DNA from: a virus
Length of the DNA stretch: 64,000 bases
Reading direction: 5' to 3' (one strand)
Virus record (IMG/VR): IMGVR_UViG_3300042154_000876
Span: 1-64,000 of that record
Numbering within the stretch: the first letter of the stretch is position 1; every line of letters starts with the position of its first letter. A program made the position numbers and the translations under genes. This document shows, in pieces, positions 16,188-28,100 of this stretch. The notes below the pieces were generated by a model. It was not told the origin of the DNA. It made no database searches and worked only from the letters and a program-made list of their open reading frames with translations.

Positions 16188-19100
16188 CCCACTATTTTTC
16201 GAAGACCCAGAAGAGCCTATCGTTGCCGCTGCTCTAAAGAACGGCAAGGAGTGGGGCTACTGGGCTGACATGCAGCTACGCGATCCAGGAGGAGAGCGCG
16301 GCGGTTGGTTCATCGAGATGGGTGGCCTTAACCTATTCAATGGTATGGGCAAGGACGGAAAAGTCCGCGCCTACAAGGGTAAGTACATCGGCCCTTCTCC
16401 GCTTGGTCAAGGCTACGGTCGATTCCTAGTTGAAGGCGGAGACGGCGTTGACCCCGGTATCTACCACGTAAACGTATCCAACATCGACTCCGTTAAGGGA
16501 GTTCTTAGCGAAGAATATCTACGCAGCCTGGGTCGTGACGTTCCTGCTCAAAAAGAAGGTATCGTTGACCTATCCAAGACTCGCATTGACCCGATAACTG
16601 AGCAAGACCTACAAGACGCCAACATTGAGCCGGACAAGCCTAAGAACCTCAAGAAAGCTGCCAACGACCGCGGTCAATCAGCTAAAAAACTAAAGGACCT
16701 AAAAGACGGCGACATCCTCTACGACGAGGGCAACAAGCGATTTGGCGAGGTCGTTTCTACCGTAGATAAAGATGGAAACTTTAGCCCGTGGGTTAAATGG
16801 GAAGACAATCAGATTTCTCAGATTCCTAACGCTGACCCAGAAACCGAGACCGCCGTTTGGGCAGCTCCAGCTCCTGAAGTTGATGAATCGGCAGCCCCTA
16901 AAAAGACCGTAAAGGGTAGAGACCTCAAGGTCGGAGACGTAATCCGCGCTTGGGACGAAAACCGCACTATTACGGCGATTGAGCCAGGGCGTGGGGGGGA
17001 GCGTTACTTTATTTTTGACACTCCTGATGAAGGAGAAGACGGTCCTGATGGAAAGTTTATCAACATCAATGAGGACGTCGAGCTTGGCCGAGAAGAGGCT
17101 CCAGTCGCCCCAGCCGCCCCTGTTGCTGCCGAAAAAACAAAATCTAACAAAGTTTCTGCCTCTGAAGTTAAAAAAGGTGACTCTGTTGTAATCAACGGAG
17201 AGACCTATACGGTTTCTAAAAAATCTAACAAAAAAGCTGATGGAGTGGTTATTGGCCACAAGATTGAGTTTAGGGCCGAAGACGGCAGCACTTTTGAAGA
17301 AGAGTTCCTTTCAGACGACACTCTAGATATTCCTGCTGCAGAGACAGCAACAAAAGAAGAGAAGAAGACTCCGCGTGGGGTTCTCACTAGTTTTGTGAAA
17401 AACATGCAGCCGGGGGATGTTCTTATTGCTGGTAAAGACGATAAGCGTCAAGAGGTGCTTTTTGTATCTGCTGAACCTATACCTCCAGTAGACAATAATG
17501 ATATTCGCAAACGTTATAATATTACAGTTCAACGTGCCGACGGTGGGCTTGAAACTATTGCAGTTGATGCTACGAATGGTATCCCGCAGTTGGCTGAAAC
17601 TAATGCCAAAGGTAAAACTGAAAAGGTAAACCGTAAGGACCAACTTAAAGTAGTTCCATCCGCTCCTGCCACTACAACTACTAAAACCACTCGGACCACC
17701 ACAAAAACTGCAGGTGACGAGGCCGGAACCACTACAACTACCACCCCGAGGGTTCGAGCACCTGAAGTAATCCCAACAACTCCGATGTCCACCAATCCAG
17801 GTGACACCGGAGAAGTTGTTAGGGGCGTCAACTACGAAATAATGCCTGACGGAAGAATCAAGTTTTCTCGCGGGCGTCTTAAAAAGGGTAGCCGGTCGTA
17901 TGACTTAATTACAAAGGTTTTACCAGGCGAGATAACTAGATCTGGTAACGGAAAAGCTTTCGCATTTTTTGAAAAGCCAGAGGGTGGGGATTACGGAAAC
18001 TGGTTTGTAAGATTCGAACCGATCAAAGATTCTAAAAAAGATCTGGCTAAGCAGTTTCTCGACAGCCTCCGTGCCGGCATGGCTAAGGAAAAGGTAGAGT
18101 CTTCTGAGGAGACCGGCTCATCCTTCTCTGGGGCTAAGAACACCAAGGGCAGCATCACTGATGCCGCGTCCTATGAGGTCGACGAGAACGGTACTGTAAA
18201 GATTTCTGGCCTAACCGAAGAACAGGTTGACCTTGTTGTTCAGGCTATGTATACGGTTCAGGGAACCACACCACTTGACCGCCCTGGAAGCGTTTCAACC
18301 AAGGTTGACTCTGACAAAGATGAAGACCGCGCCGCTGTTCTAAAGGCTGTTAGTGATGCTCTTGGTGGAACTCCAGCTGCTACAACTACCACTACCACTA
18401 CTACCCCGGACTTTGACTCCTTACCCAAGACAAAAGCTGACCCGGAGGCGGCTCGTAAGGCCGGGTTTACAGTAGACAATGTAAAGCCAGTAGATATTCA
18501 AGTTGGAGACTACATTATCAGTCCAGTGGGGTACTGGACAAAGGTTGTTGGAGAGCCTAGTATAATTCCTGATCCAAGGAACCCAGGCGAGATTGCGTGG
18601 GCTATTCCTACTGAAAACTACAAGGGAGAGAGGTTTACTCAAGACGGTTTGGGAGACCTGAACCTAAGGATTGATCGAGTTCGTGGACCTAACCACGTAG
18701 ATACGCCAGAAACTGCAGACGAGGCTTTTGATAAAGAGTCCGCTCCATTCCCTATGGACACCCTGAGGGATTTAAAAGAAGGCATCTATGCCAAAGTCGA
18801 CGGCATGTGGAAAAAGATTACCAAGGTCGGTAAGCCTCAGATAGATCCTAGTGTCGATACTGAATCCGTTGTAATAGAGTTTGAAGATGGGACAAAGAAA
18901 AGGGTAGACGAGCGAGACGGCCTTACTTTAGTCCGTAAGGTCCCTGAAGGTGAAGCCACGTCCACAGCGACAACCACCACTGAAGGTCTGACTACCGATC
19001 AAAGGCTGGCTAAGCTTTTATTCTTAGTAAAGGGTAGCGGTTCCGAGGACGCGGCTTGGAATGCATCCATAATGGGCGATGCTAGAAGATCTCTTGAAGC

Positions 19101-22100
19101 TGCTGGAATTGATGAAAATGATTTCCTAGACTATGCAGAAAAGTCCGGGGCCTCAGATCTGCGTCAACCTGATCTAGATAAGCTCATTGAGAAGTATAAA
19201 GCTGATAAGGGCTCTACCACAACCACAGCCACTACCACTGAAGAGTCCGACAAGCCTACCGACGAGCAGCGCAAAACTATTGACGACCTTATCGCTCAGA
19301 TTGGCGATGAAACCAACTTTACGTCTAAGATTGTCACGGCGATGTTGGATAGCCTTACTAAAGAATCTGCAGACATGGCCATCGACATGCTTAAGGCTGC
19401 GATAGCAAACACTACAGCCCCTACCACCACAACCGCTCCTGCTCAGTCGGTATTCACACCTGGCCAGATTGATAGCGTTAACCGCCGTATAAACCTACTA
19501 ACTCCGGAGCAGCAGGCTAAGGTTAAAGAGGCTATGGAGTCCGCCACCCCTAAAACCGCTAAAGACATTATGTCTAAGATTATCAACACCCTAGATAACG
19601 CTGAAATCATTAGCCGTATCCGTAAGGGAATGCCGGTTGATGACATTTTAGCCAGGCGCAAGACCGACACCGTAGGAGCTAACCTACTATTCGATCTAGA
19701 CCGCTCTCCTAAGGAGATCGCTCAGAGACTTGCCACCTACAAACCAACCGTTAACCTAGACGGTACTCCGATTGCGGACGCTCAGCAAACTACCACTACA
19801 GTTTCAGGAGATGACACTAAGTCAGTATCTTCTCTAATATCTGACGTAATAGATTCTCTTGCTAAGGATCTGCAGACTAAGTTTGGAGCCCTAAAGTATA
19901 GATACAGCTCCAAGACTCCACAGAACGCCGAGCAGGCAGAAAAAGATCACGAAATCTACCTAGAGTACTTGTCTACGGTTGTCCCTGCCGTTATGCAGGC
20001 CCTTAAAGAGCGTCTCGACAGTCAAACAGCCGCTGGCAACCCTGACGCACAGAAAAACTATGACGACGCCGTAAGTAAGCTGAAGCAAGAACTTTGGGGA
20101 CAAAACAGGGGAGCTGTCTACACCAGCGAAGCCGAAAAGCTTGTAGGCAGCGATCGAACAAAAGAGATGTCTGATGAAGCCAACAAGGCTCTTAATGATC
20201 TACTAGCTGGAGTCAAAAAACCCGAGAAGCAGGTAACTACTGAAACTACCACTAAAGACACTTTCGGAAAGATCGGCACCTCCGGTAACCTAACTGGAAA
20301 CGTTGACTACTCGATTGATAAGTTCGGCCAGATCGCTCTGACCAACGCTCCTGAAGACTTTGACGCTAGAATGGCGGAGAGTAGGGGCCTCATTATTGTT
20401 ACTGACAATGGTAAAAAGTCCATTGTCCTAACCAAAAACAACGATGAAAATCGAGCCGCTGCCCTTAATCTCATAAAGGAGCGTCTAGAAGGACCGGCTC
20501 CGGTCACTACAAAGGTTGAAACACAGACTGAAGTAGCTCAAGATGTGGTAACCGGTCAAGAGCGACCAGAAGGTGGCGTCTCAAAGAAGATTTCTGAGCT
20601 GAACGTCGGAGACCGTTTATACGATGAAGAGACCGAATCCATGGCCACCGTTGTCGGTGTCTATGAGGACCCAGACCGTGCTGGCCGCATCGTACTTACT
20701 ATCCGATTTGACGACGGTCGAGAGGACTCTGCTTCATATAAAAAGTCGTACGTCGTTGAGGCCTATCCTTCGCCAGAAGCACCAGCCGCAACTACCACCA
20801 CCGCTGAAGATGTGGTCGGTGGCGAGGATGCGGACACCTCTAAGACAGAGGCCGAAGTCGTTGAAGACTCTCAGGTTATAGTAGAGCAGGGTGAGTCTAC
20901 CACCGCTGAGCCAGGTTCTACTGTTTTAGAAGAGCCAGATGCCGAGGCCGTTGAGCCTGTAGAACCTAAGCGTAAGCCTAGGGGGCCTCGTAAGCCTAGA
21001 AAAGTAAACCTCTCTGATGTATCAGATGAAGAGCGCGAAGCATTCATTCGTATTTTTGATGCCCTAGAAAACTTCAACCGAGTTGAGGAAGAATATGGCG
21101 GTAAGAAATATGATTCTAAGTGGTATATCGACGAGAAAGACCGCAAGTTCGATAACAAAGATGTAGAGGAGCTTGCTTCTCAGAATACCAAGGGTATTGG
21201 TGAAGACCTAGGTATTCAGTTGATGGACTCCACTACGGACGCCTATGAGCCAGGGGCATTCTCGAGTACTCGTCAGCCGACTCCAGGAGCATTTACCGGC
21301 CGAGTTGCGCGCATGGTTGAAGGCAAGACCAAAGCAGAGACTCGCAATATTCTTAAGGGCCTAAAGGTTTCGTGGTTTGATACTGAAACTACAGGAATCT
21401 CTAACTTTGATGGTGACCCTACAAATAATGATGTGGTCCAGGTAGGTATTGTAAACACTCAGAATGGTGAGGTCCTAGAGCGCCTAAACATCTACATCAA
21501 CCCTGGTGTAGAGGATGGGGTCCGACTAGGCAAGTGGGCCACAAACAACTTAGTCAAAGATGCAGTTGGCGAGGACGGTCAGCCTATTCTGGGACCAGAC
21601 GGCAAGCCAACAACCGAACCAATCACCAACGAGTGGTTATCGGAGCAGATGTCTATTGCTGACGCTGTTCAGCAGATCATGGACTTCATGGGTCGCGATC
21701 CGATTCTTGGCGGTCAGAACGTTCCGTTTGACCTTCAGGTTCTCCAGCGTATGTTGGATAAGGCTGGGGTTAGGGGTTACCGCATCGGTGGAACCATTGA
21801 CTCTAAGGACCTATCTGAAGAGTTCCTACCTAAGTACAACGAGTACGAAGGAACTGACGGACCTAAAAGGTTTGATAAAGAGCGTAACAAGTTTGTGCCT
21901 ACCTCTAGCCTAGGCTACGTAGCCGAGTTCCTGGGATTTGGTACTACGCGTTGGCACTCAGCCGATGCCGATGCCGAAGACGCTTGGAAACTTGCTTCTG
22001 CAACTATGGACCGTGCAGCGTCCGAGGACCCAACGGGAACTAGCGATTTGATGAACCAAAGCGCCATGAGAAGTCGTTATACAGAACGTATGGCTAAGTT

Positions 22101-25100
22101 CCTAAAGACGATTGACCCGCGCAACCCGTCTACGGCTAAACAACACGGTGCAGTTCGTAAAGAAGGCTTTGGAGAATACCTAGACGATCTAGGGCTTTCC
22201 CGTGACCACCAAAATGCACTGTTCGACCAGATTAAGCAAATGACTCGTGGTGAAGCCGCCAGGTTTATCAGCACTTTCATCGAAGCCAATCCGCTACCTA
22301 AGCCTAGCGCTAAGCCTTCCATTCAAAATAGAGTACTAGATCTGAATCAGGTCACTAAAAACATCAAGAACCTTGAAAGACTTAAGTCTCAACCGCTTCC
22401 TTCCGCTCTTAGGGATATGGGCACCGTCCCGACCGATACTGAAGAAAAAATACAACACTTTAACAGGGAATTCTCTGACTTCCTAAAGAAAAAGTACCCG
22501 GACCTAACTCTTGGTGAAATCTGGTCATCTAGAAACAGCAATATCGATGTCGAGAAAGATTTTAATTACTTCTCTGATTTATATCAAAAAACTATGTCTC
22601 TGCCCGATAGTAAGGTTTTTGGTATTGGTAACGCCACTATAACCGCAAAAGACGGCATCCTAAGCAAGCGAGACTTGGCAATAGTGTCTAATGCCTTAGA
22701 AGTACTACAAGAGAGATTCTCTCTAGGCGAGACCCCTATTGATGTCCGCTATATGCCTCAAGAAGAATTAGACCGTCTCGCTGAAAAGAAGAATGTAACA
22801 GGGTCTGCATACATCGATGAAGACGGTGCGCACATAATTATTTCTGAGCGGACTCTTGGTGTCTATGAGAAAGACGGTAGGAGCGGTAAGACTGGGTCAG
22901 TGTCCGCTCACTTGGCTACTGTGATCCATGAGTACGGTCACCTAGTTCATGCACTACTACTAGGGTCTAATTTCACAGAAAAAGAAAAAGCAGACCTGGC
23001 TAAAGAGTTCCAACGTAGATTCAAAAAAACTAGGGTCACTGATTACGGCGAAACTAGTACTGCTGAAAAGTTTGCCGAACTGTTCTATGACATGGAATAC
23101 AGCAGAATCGAAGGAACTGAACCTGCAGTTCCAGAGTTTAGCGAGTTTATGGAGTCCATTAAGGGTCGGAAGGCTGCTATTAAGCCTTCCCTGCTTAACA
23201 GGATGGGGATCAAGAAGCCTCAGGCTCGACAAATGCCCCCTGAGAACACCAAGCCAGAGTTTGATGGAGCCACCAAGCTTTCTGGTGCTAACCTAGCCGC
23301 GTTTGAGGGATCCTCAGACAGCCTGCGCGGTAGTGACCAAGAGGCTGGCTACATCCCGGACCCTAGTGATCAAAAAGCTTTTAATGAGTTTAGACTTCAG
23401 ATAAGTCTTAACCCTGGCGATCTAGTGTCTGAGGCGCAAGCGCGTATTAGATTTAAGAAGGAAATCGAGAAGGCTAAAAAAGACGCCCGACGCTACGAAG
23501 TACTTAAAGTTGAAGGCACAAACTCCTACATCCGCTACAAGAACGGAGACGCTTCTCCAGAAGCCATCCAGCAGACGATTGACCAGCTGCGTGACCTGGA
23601 AGACTTCAACGTTGCTGGCGGCATTTCTCAGGTTGTAACCTTAGCCAAGCGCGAAACCTTCTCTGTTGGAAGACTATTTGCCACAACGCAGGGGACCGAA
23701 GAGGAGATCCATGGATACTCTCTTCTAGATTCGGATAAGGGTATTGGTCACATTGTTGTTGACCCTGACTTAGTCTCCGAGTCCCCTGGCTCTGTACCTG
23801 GAATCGCTGTAGGACAATACTACGCTAATGGTGGCGTTGACGCTCAGAATATGTTGAAACGCACCTTGGTGCACGAGTATGCGCACAACTGGGCTAAAGT
23901 GATTCTAGGACACCGCCAACAAGACAGCGCAAGATTTGATGAGTTTGTTCGCAGTGTAGTTCAGAGAATCCAAACTTCGGGTGGGAGAAGTGTCCACCCA
24001 ATCTCGGAGATTGCCGAGGGTGGAGACGGTGAAAGCTTCGCTGAGTTCTTTACGGCCGCCTTCTTCCAGATTGTTGAAGGCCGCATGCTCCCTACTAAGG
24101 GATCTCCGCTTGATCAGTTTATTCAGTTCTTTGCTAAATATGCTGGAGCCAACGTTGAGCCAATCATTAAGAACATCAGCCCTATCGTTCAGGTTGAAGA
24201 GTCGTCTTCTGGCGGACAACGACTAAAGTTCCCTAAGAACCATGAGGGAGCTGGGTCAGAGAATGTCTACCTAGAGTACAACCGACGCAGAGAGTTCTAC
24301 CGAAATGGGCTAGATCCTTACGGACGCCCACTAAGCGATGCCCGTGCGGCAATGATTCGCGAATACAGCAGCTACATCGATAAACTAGAGTCTGCGTACC
24401 AGTCCACCATGCGCGCTGAAGACTTCGACGTTATGACTTCAGCTATGGCGGCCCTAAAACGAGTCTATGATTCGATGTTCTTTGCCTACGCTAAGAATAA
24501 CTCCAGATTCAATGTAGACACTATTGGTGAGAACATTGAAGCTAATGAACAAAGCTTCCGTAGCTGGACAGCACCTACTTCCCCTCTATTCTTACCTGAA
24601 TCTGAGGGACCTTTCAAGAATGAGATAACCACCGGACGCTATACAGACGTCGACGGTATTTCCTATCCGCTTGTATACATCTCTTCGACTAAGGCAGATG
24701 GTCGCACCTATACAGCTACAGTTGCTCTTGACCCAGAGAACACCGACTTTGACCTTGCCACTGCCAATATGGACACCCTAATTGAGGCATCTGTTGGAAA
24801 GATGATAACCATATCGGACAAAGAAAAGACTAGCCAGATTCTTGACTACATCTCGGTTGACGGTGACCTACGTCACAGGGGCATAGCCACCTCTCTTCTA
24901 TCCTTCACTAGAAGCAACACAACTAAGAAGGTTTTGCACAAGGGTAAGTCTGCCCCGGATGTTTCAGCTTGGGCCCAGTCGGTAGATAGTTCTGAAAAGT
25001 CCTACGAATCCGCTCCTCGTGCGTTTGACGATGCTTCTCACGTTGCTCGACACAACCGCAACGCTATCAACCTAATCTCTGATCGCGAGCCGCCTCAGGA

Positions 25101-28100
25101 GATCGACACGTCTTCAGAGACCTTAGAGGCCGAGGCGCTACACTATGCGGGGGAAAACTACGGAAACTTCTATCACCCTAACTTGCAGGACTACATGTCT
25201 AAGCAGGGTGGCGGACTTGGTGTCTACAACTCTACAGTTGGTTATGTCTCAGCTGAGACTCTCAGTTCGATGCGCGGCAATGAGCCTAAAGATCCGGACA
25301 GCGTGGCTCGCAAGGTTGAAGACCTACAGGACGGCGACGGATTCGACCAACCGGTAAGCGTCGTCTATAACCCTCGCACCGGTGAAGCTTATGTAGCCGA
25401 CGGTAACCACCGCGTCCAGGCTTCGCTAGACGCTGGCGTTGCTTATGTACCTACAAGAGTCTTTATCATGGATGTTCCTCCTGCACAGGAGAACCCACAG
25501 ATTAAGAAGTTGGAACGCGATGGCGGTCTACCTCTACCTGAGGGCGCAGATGAAGTTCACCCATACTTTGTCTTCAATAAAGAAGATCTAGTTAATGGAA
25601 AAGACCTATCTGACCCTAGCGTTGTTGAAGAAATGGCTTCTAACGTTGTTGTTTGGTCTGGTCGCGGTAAGGCTTCCGAGCGCAACCGCTCCGGAAGGTA
25701 TGACCCAGACCCTAACAACATCTTTGAGCAGCTTGCCCCAGGCGAATACGTTATGGACAAGAAGACCAAAAAGATTTATCAGGTATACAGCCAAGACTTT
25801 ACTACCGAAGTAGGCCAAGACGGTGTAGAAAGAGCCGTATTCACCGGGAAGATTGTTGTCCGAGAGTTTGAAGGCAACTTAGATAACCTATCTAGAGTAA
25901 GAATCTCGACGCAGTTTGGCGATAACAATATCCGCTACGCTCAGGGTGGACAATCCTCTGCCGACGATTCATATAATGACGCTCGCTCATATATTGACGA
26001 GATTCGCGACCCAGCGGACTTTGAGAATGTTACTGACTCGTTTATAAAGCTCAGTGACCAGCCTATCCTTATCAGCGATACGATGTACGTTGTTCAGACC
26101 GAGACCGGTATCAAGGGTCGAATCTCTAAGTTTGTCTCTCCTGGAGTAGTTAGACTTGATGTTCTAAAGGGATATAACGAGGACGGCGAACCTCTCTATG
26201 ATCAGATAGAGTCCCCGATAACCCAGCTTCTACCTATCCAGAACCAGCAGCAGGTCCCTAATGGACAGCCTGCTATGGAGCATGCCCCTGATATGCAAAT
26301 ATCTAACTCTACCTGGGACTCGATCAACACCTTGTCCTCTACCCTGTTGAAGTGGGGCTACCTATCAGAAGATAAGTACAAGGCTATTCAGACCCTAGTT
26401 CACGGTAAGTTTATTACCCAAAGCGGTGCTCTGGACCTTGAGCGTTCGCTCAGAAACCACGACGTAGTTAGACGAGCAAAGATTCGTGGCGTCGCAGTGA
26501 AGTCACCTGCCACTGGAGAACCTGTTGCACAGGCGCCTGTACAGCAAGCTGCCCCGTCTGCCCCTGCCGCGCCTTCAGTTGGCCAAGGCGAGGCCGGAGG
26601 TCGCTCATTTGAGCAGCTCCTAGAAATGAAGCGTGCTCGTAAGAAGGCAGATGCCGGGCTATCTGTAGAAGAGTTTGCATCTCCTGTCACAAAGATTAAG
26701 GTAACTAAGAACCCTCCTACCCAAAGCCAGATTCTAGAAGTAGAGCGTCTTCTTTCTGAAGACGGTGCGGTAACCCCGCAGCGTGCATTTGATATTCTAT
26801 CTTCACTACCTACTCTAAATGCAGAAGCCACCGAAGCTGTACTAGAAGAGATCCGAGCAGATGTTCTCAACAAGAGGATTTCTAAGGATGAAAGCATCAC
26901 TGGTCTTGTAGTTCCTAAGGGCTTTAATAGATCCAAAATCTCTGGATACCAGCCAGCCGTTGAGGAATCATCTACCGGCTTTGAGATCGATAGAGATGCG
27001 GAAGAGCCTAATGAAGACGGAGAGGTTAGCCCAGGAGCGAAGCCAGAAGAAGAAGGTCCTAAGATGTCGTTCAATGCTCAACAGAAGTCAGCTATTGACT
27101 CTGTAGTTAGCAGTGAAGGCGGCCTATTCTTTATCACTGGTGGTGCTGGTACTGGTAAGACCACTATTAAGAAGGAAATCGACAAGCGCGAGAAGGCCAA
27201 AAATAGAAGGACTATGACCATTGCCCCTACGGGTAAGGCAGCCCTTCAGGCAGAGGGAGCTACCATCCACTCTACGTTCAAGATTCCAGTAGGCCCTTTA
27301 ACCGATTTTAGCCCGTCCGAGACTTACAACAAGAATATGGGTACTGCCAAGGGCCGTAAATCTATGGCTGCTTTGCGCACGGCAGACACCATCTTCATTG
27401 ATGAAGTTTCTATGGTTCGAGCAGATCTGATGGATGCTATGGACAGGATGCTTAGGGTTGTCAAGGGAAACATGTCTGAGCCTTTTGGTGGAGCTAAGAT
27501 TGTTATGCTTGGAGACTTGGCTCAGCTTCCTCCAGTAGGTATTGACTCTAGCCCTGAAAACCAGGGACCTCGCCAGCGATTCCAAGAGACTTATGCTGAT
27601 GACTACTTCCTAAGTGCTAACTCATGGGCATCTTCGGCGTTTGAGGTTCACAACTTGACTGAGTCTATGCGTCAAAGCGCAGAGGATGATGCCTGGTTCG
27701 AGCAGTTCCTAAGGGAGAGGGCTCGATTCGCTGAGGTGACTCAGGAAGACATGGAGAAGCTGTGGGAGATTAGCGAAAAAAACCGCAAGCGTGATGCTGA
27801 AGAGGGTGTCACATCCGAGCCTATCCACCTGGTGTCTACAAATGCTGCCGCAGACGAGATCAACAAGAAAAAGTTTGCTGAACTTGAGGGTGAAGCAGTT
27901 AAATTTACTGCTACCATTGACGCTCCAGAAGGCTCTGACATTAAGCCGTTTGTTCGAAATGGCGGTCTACCTAAAGAGGAAATGGAATACAAGATCGGTG
28001 AGCCGGTAATGTTTATCAAGAACGATGACGCACAGCAGCGCAAATCTGCTGGAGGCAACCTTCCGAACGAGTCCAGATGGGTAAACGGAAGTCAGGGCGT

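Noticed and set aside
16680-20760. Intein/Hint domains suggested by the dL.vGD motifs
   Set aside because: No N-terminal Cys/Ser block, no TxxH and no C-terminal HN motif were seen. The repeats are short and fit KOW/SH3-like barrels better.
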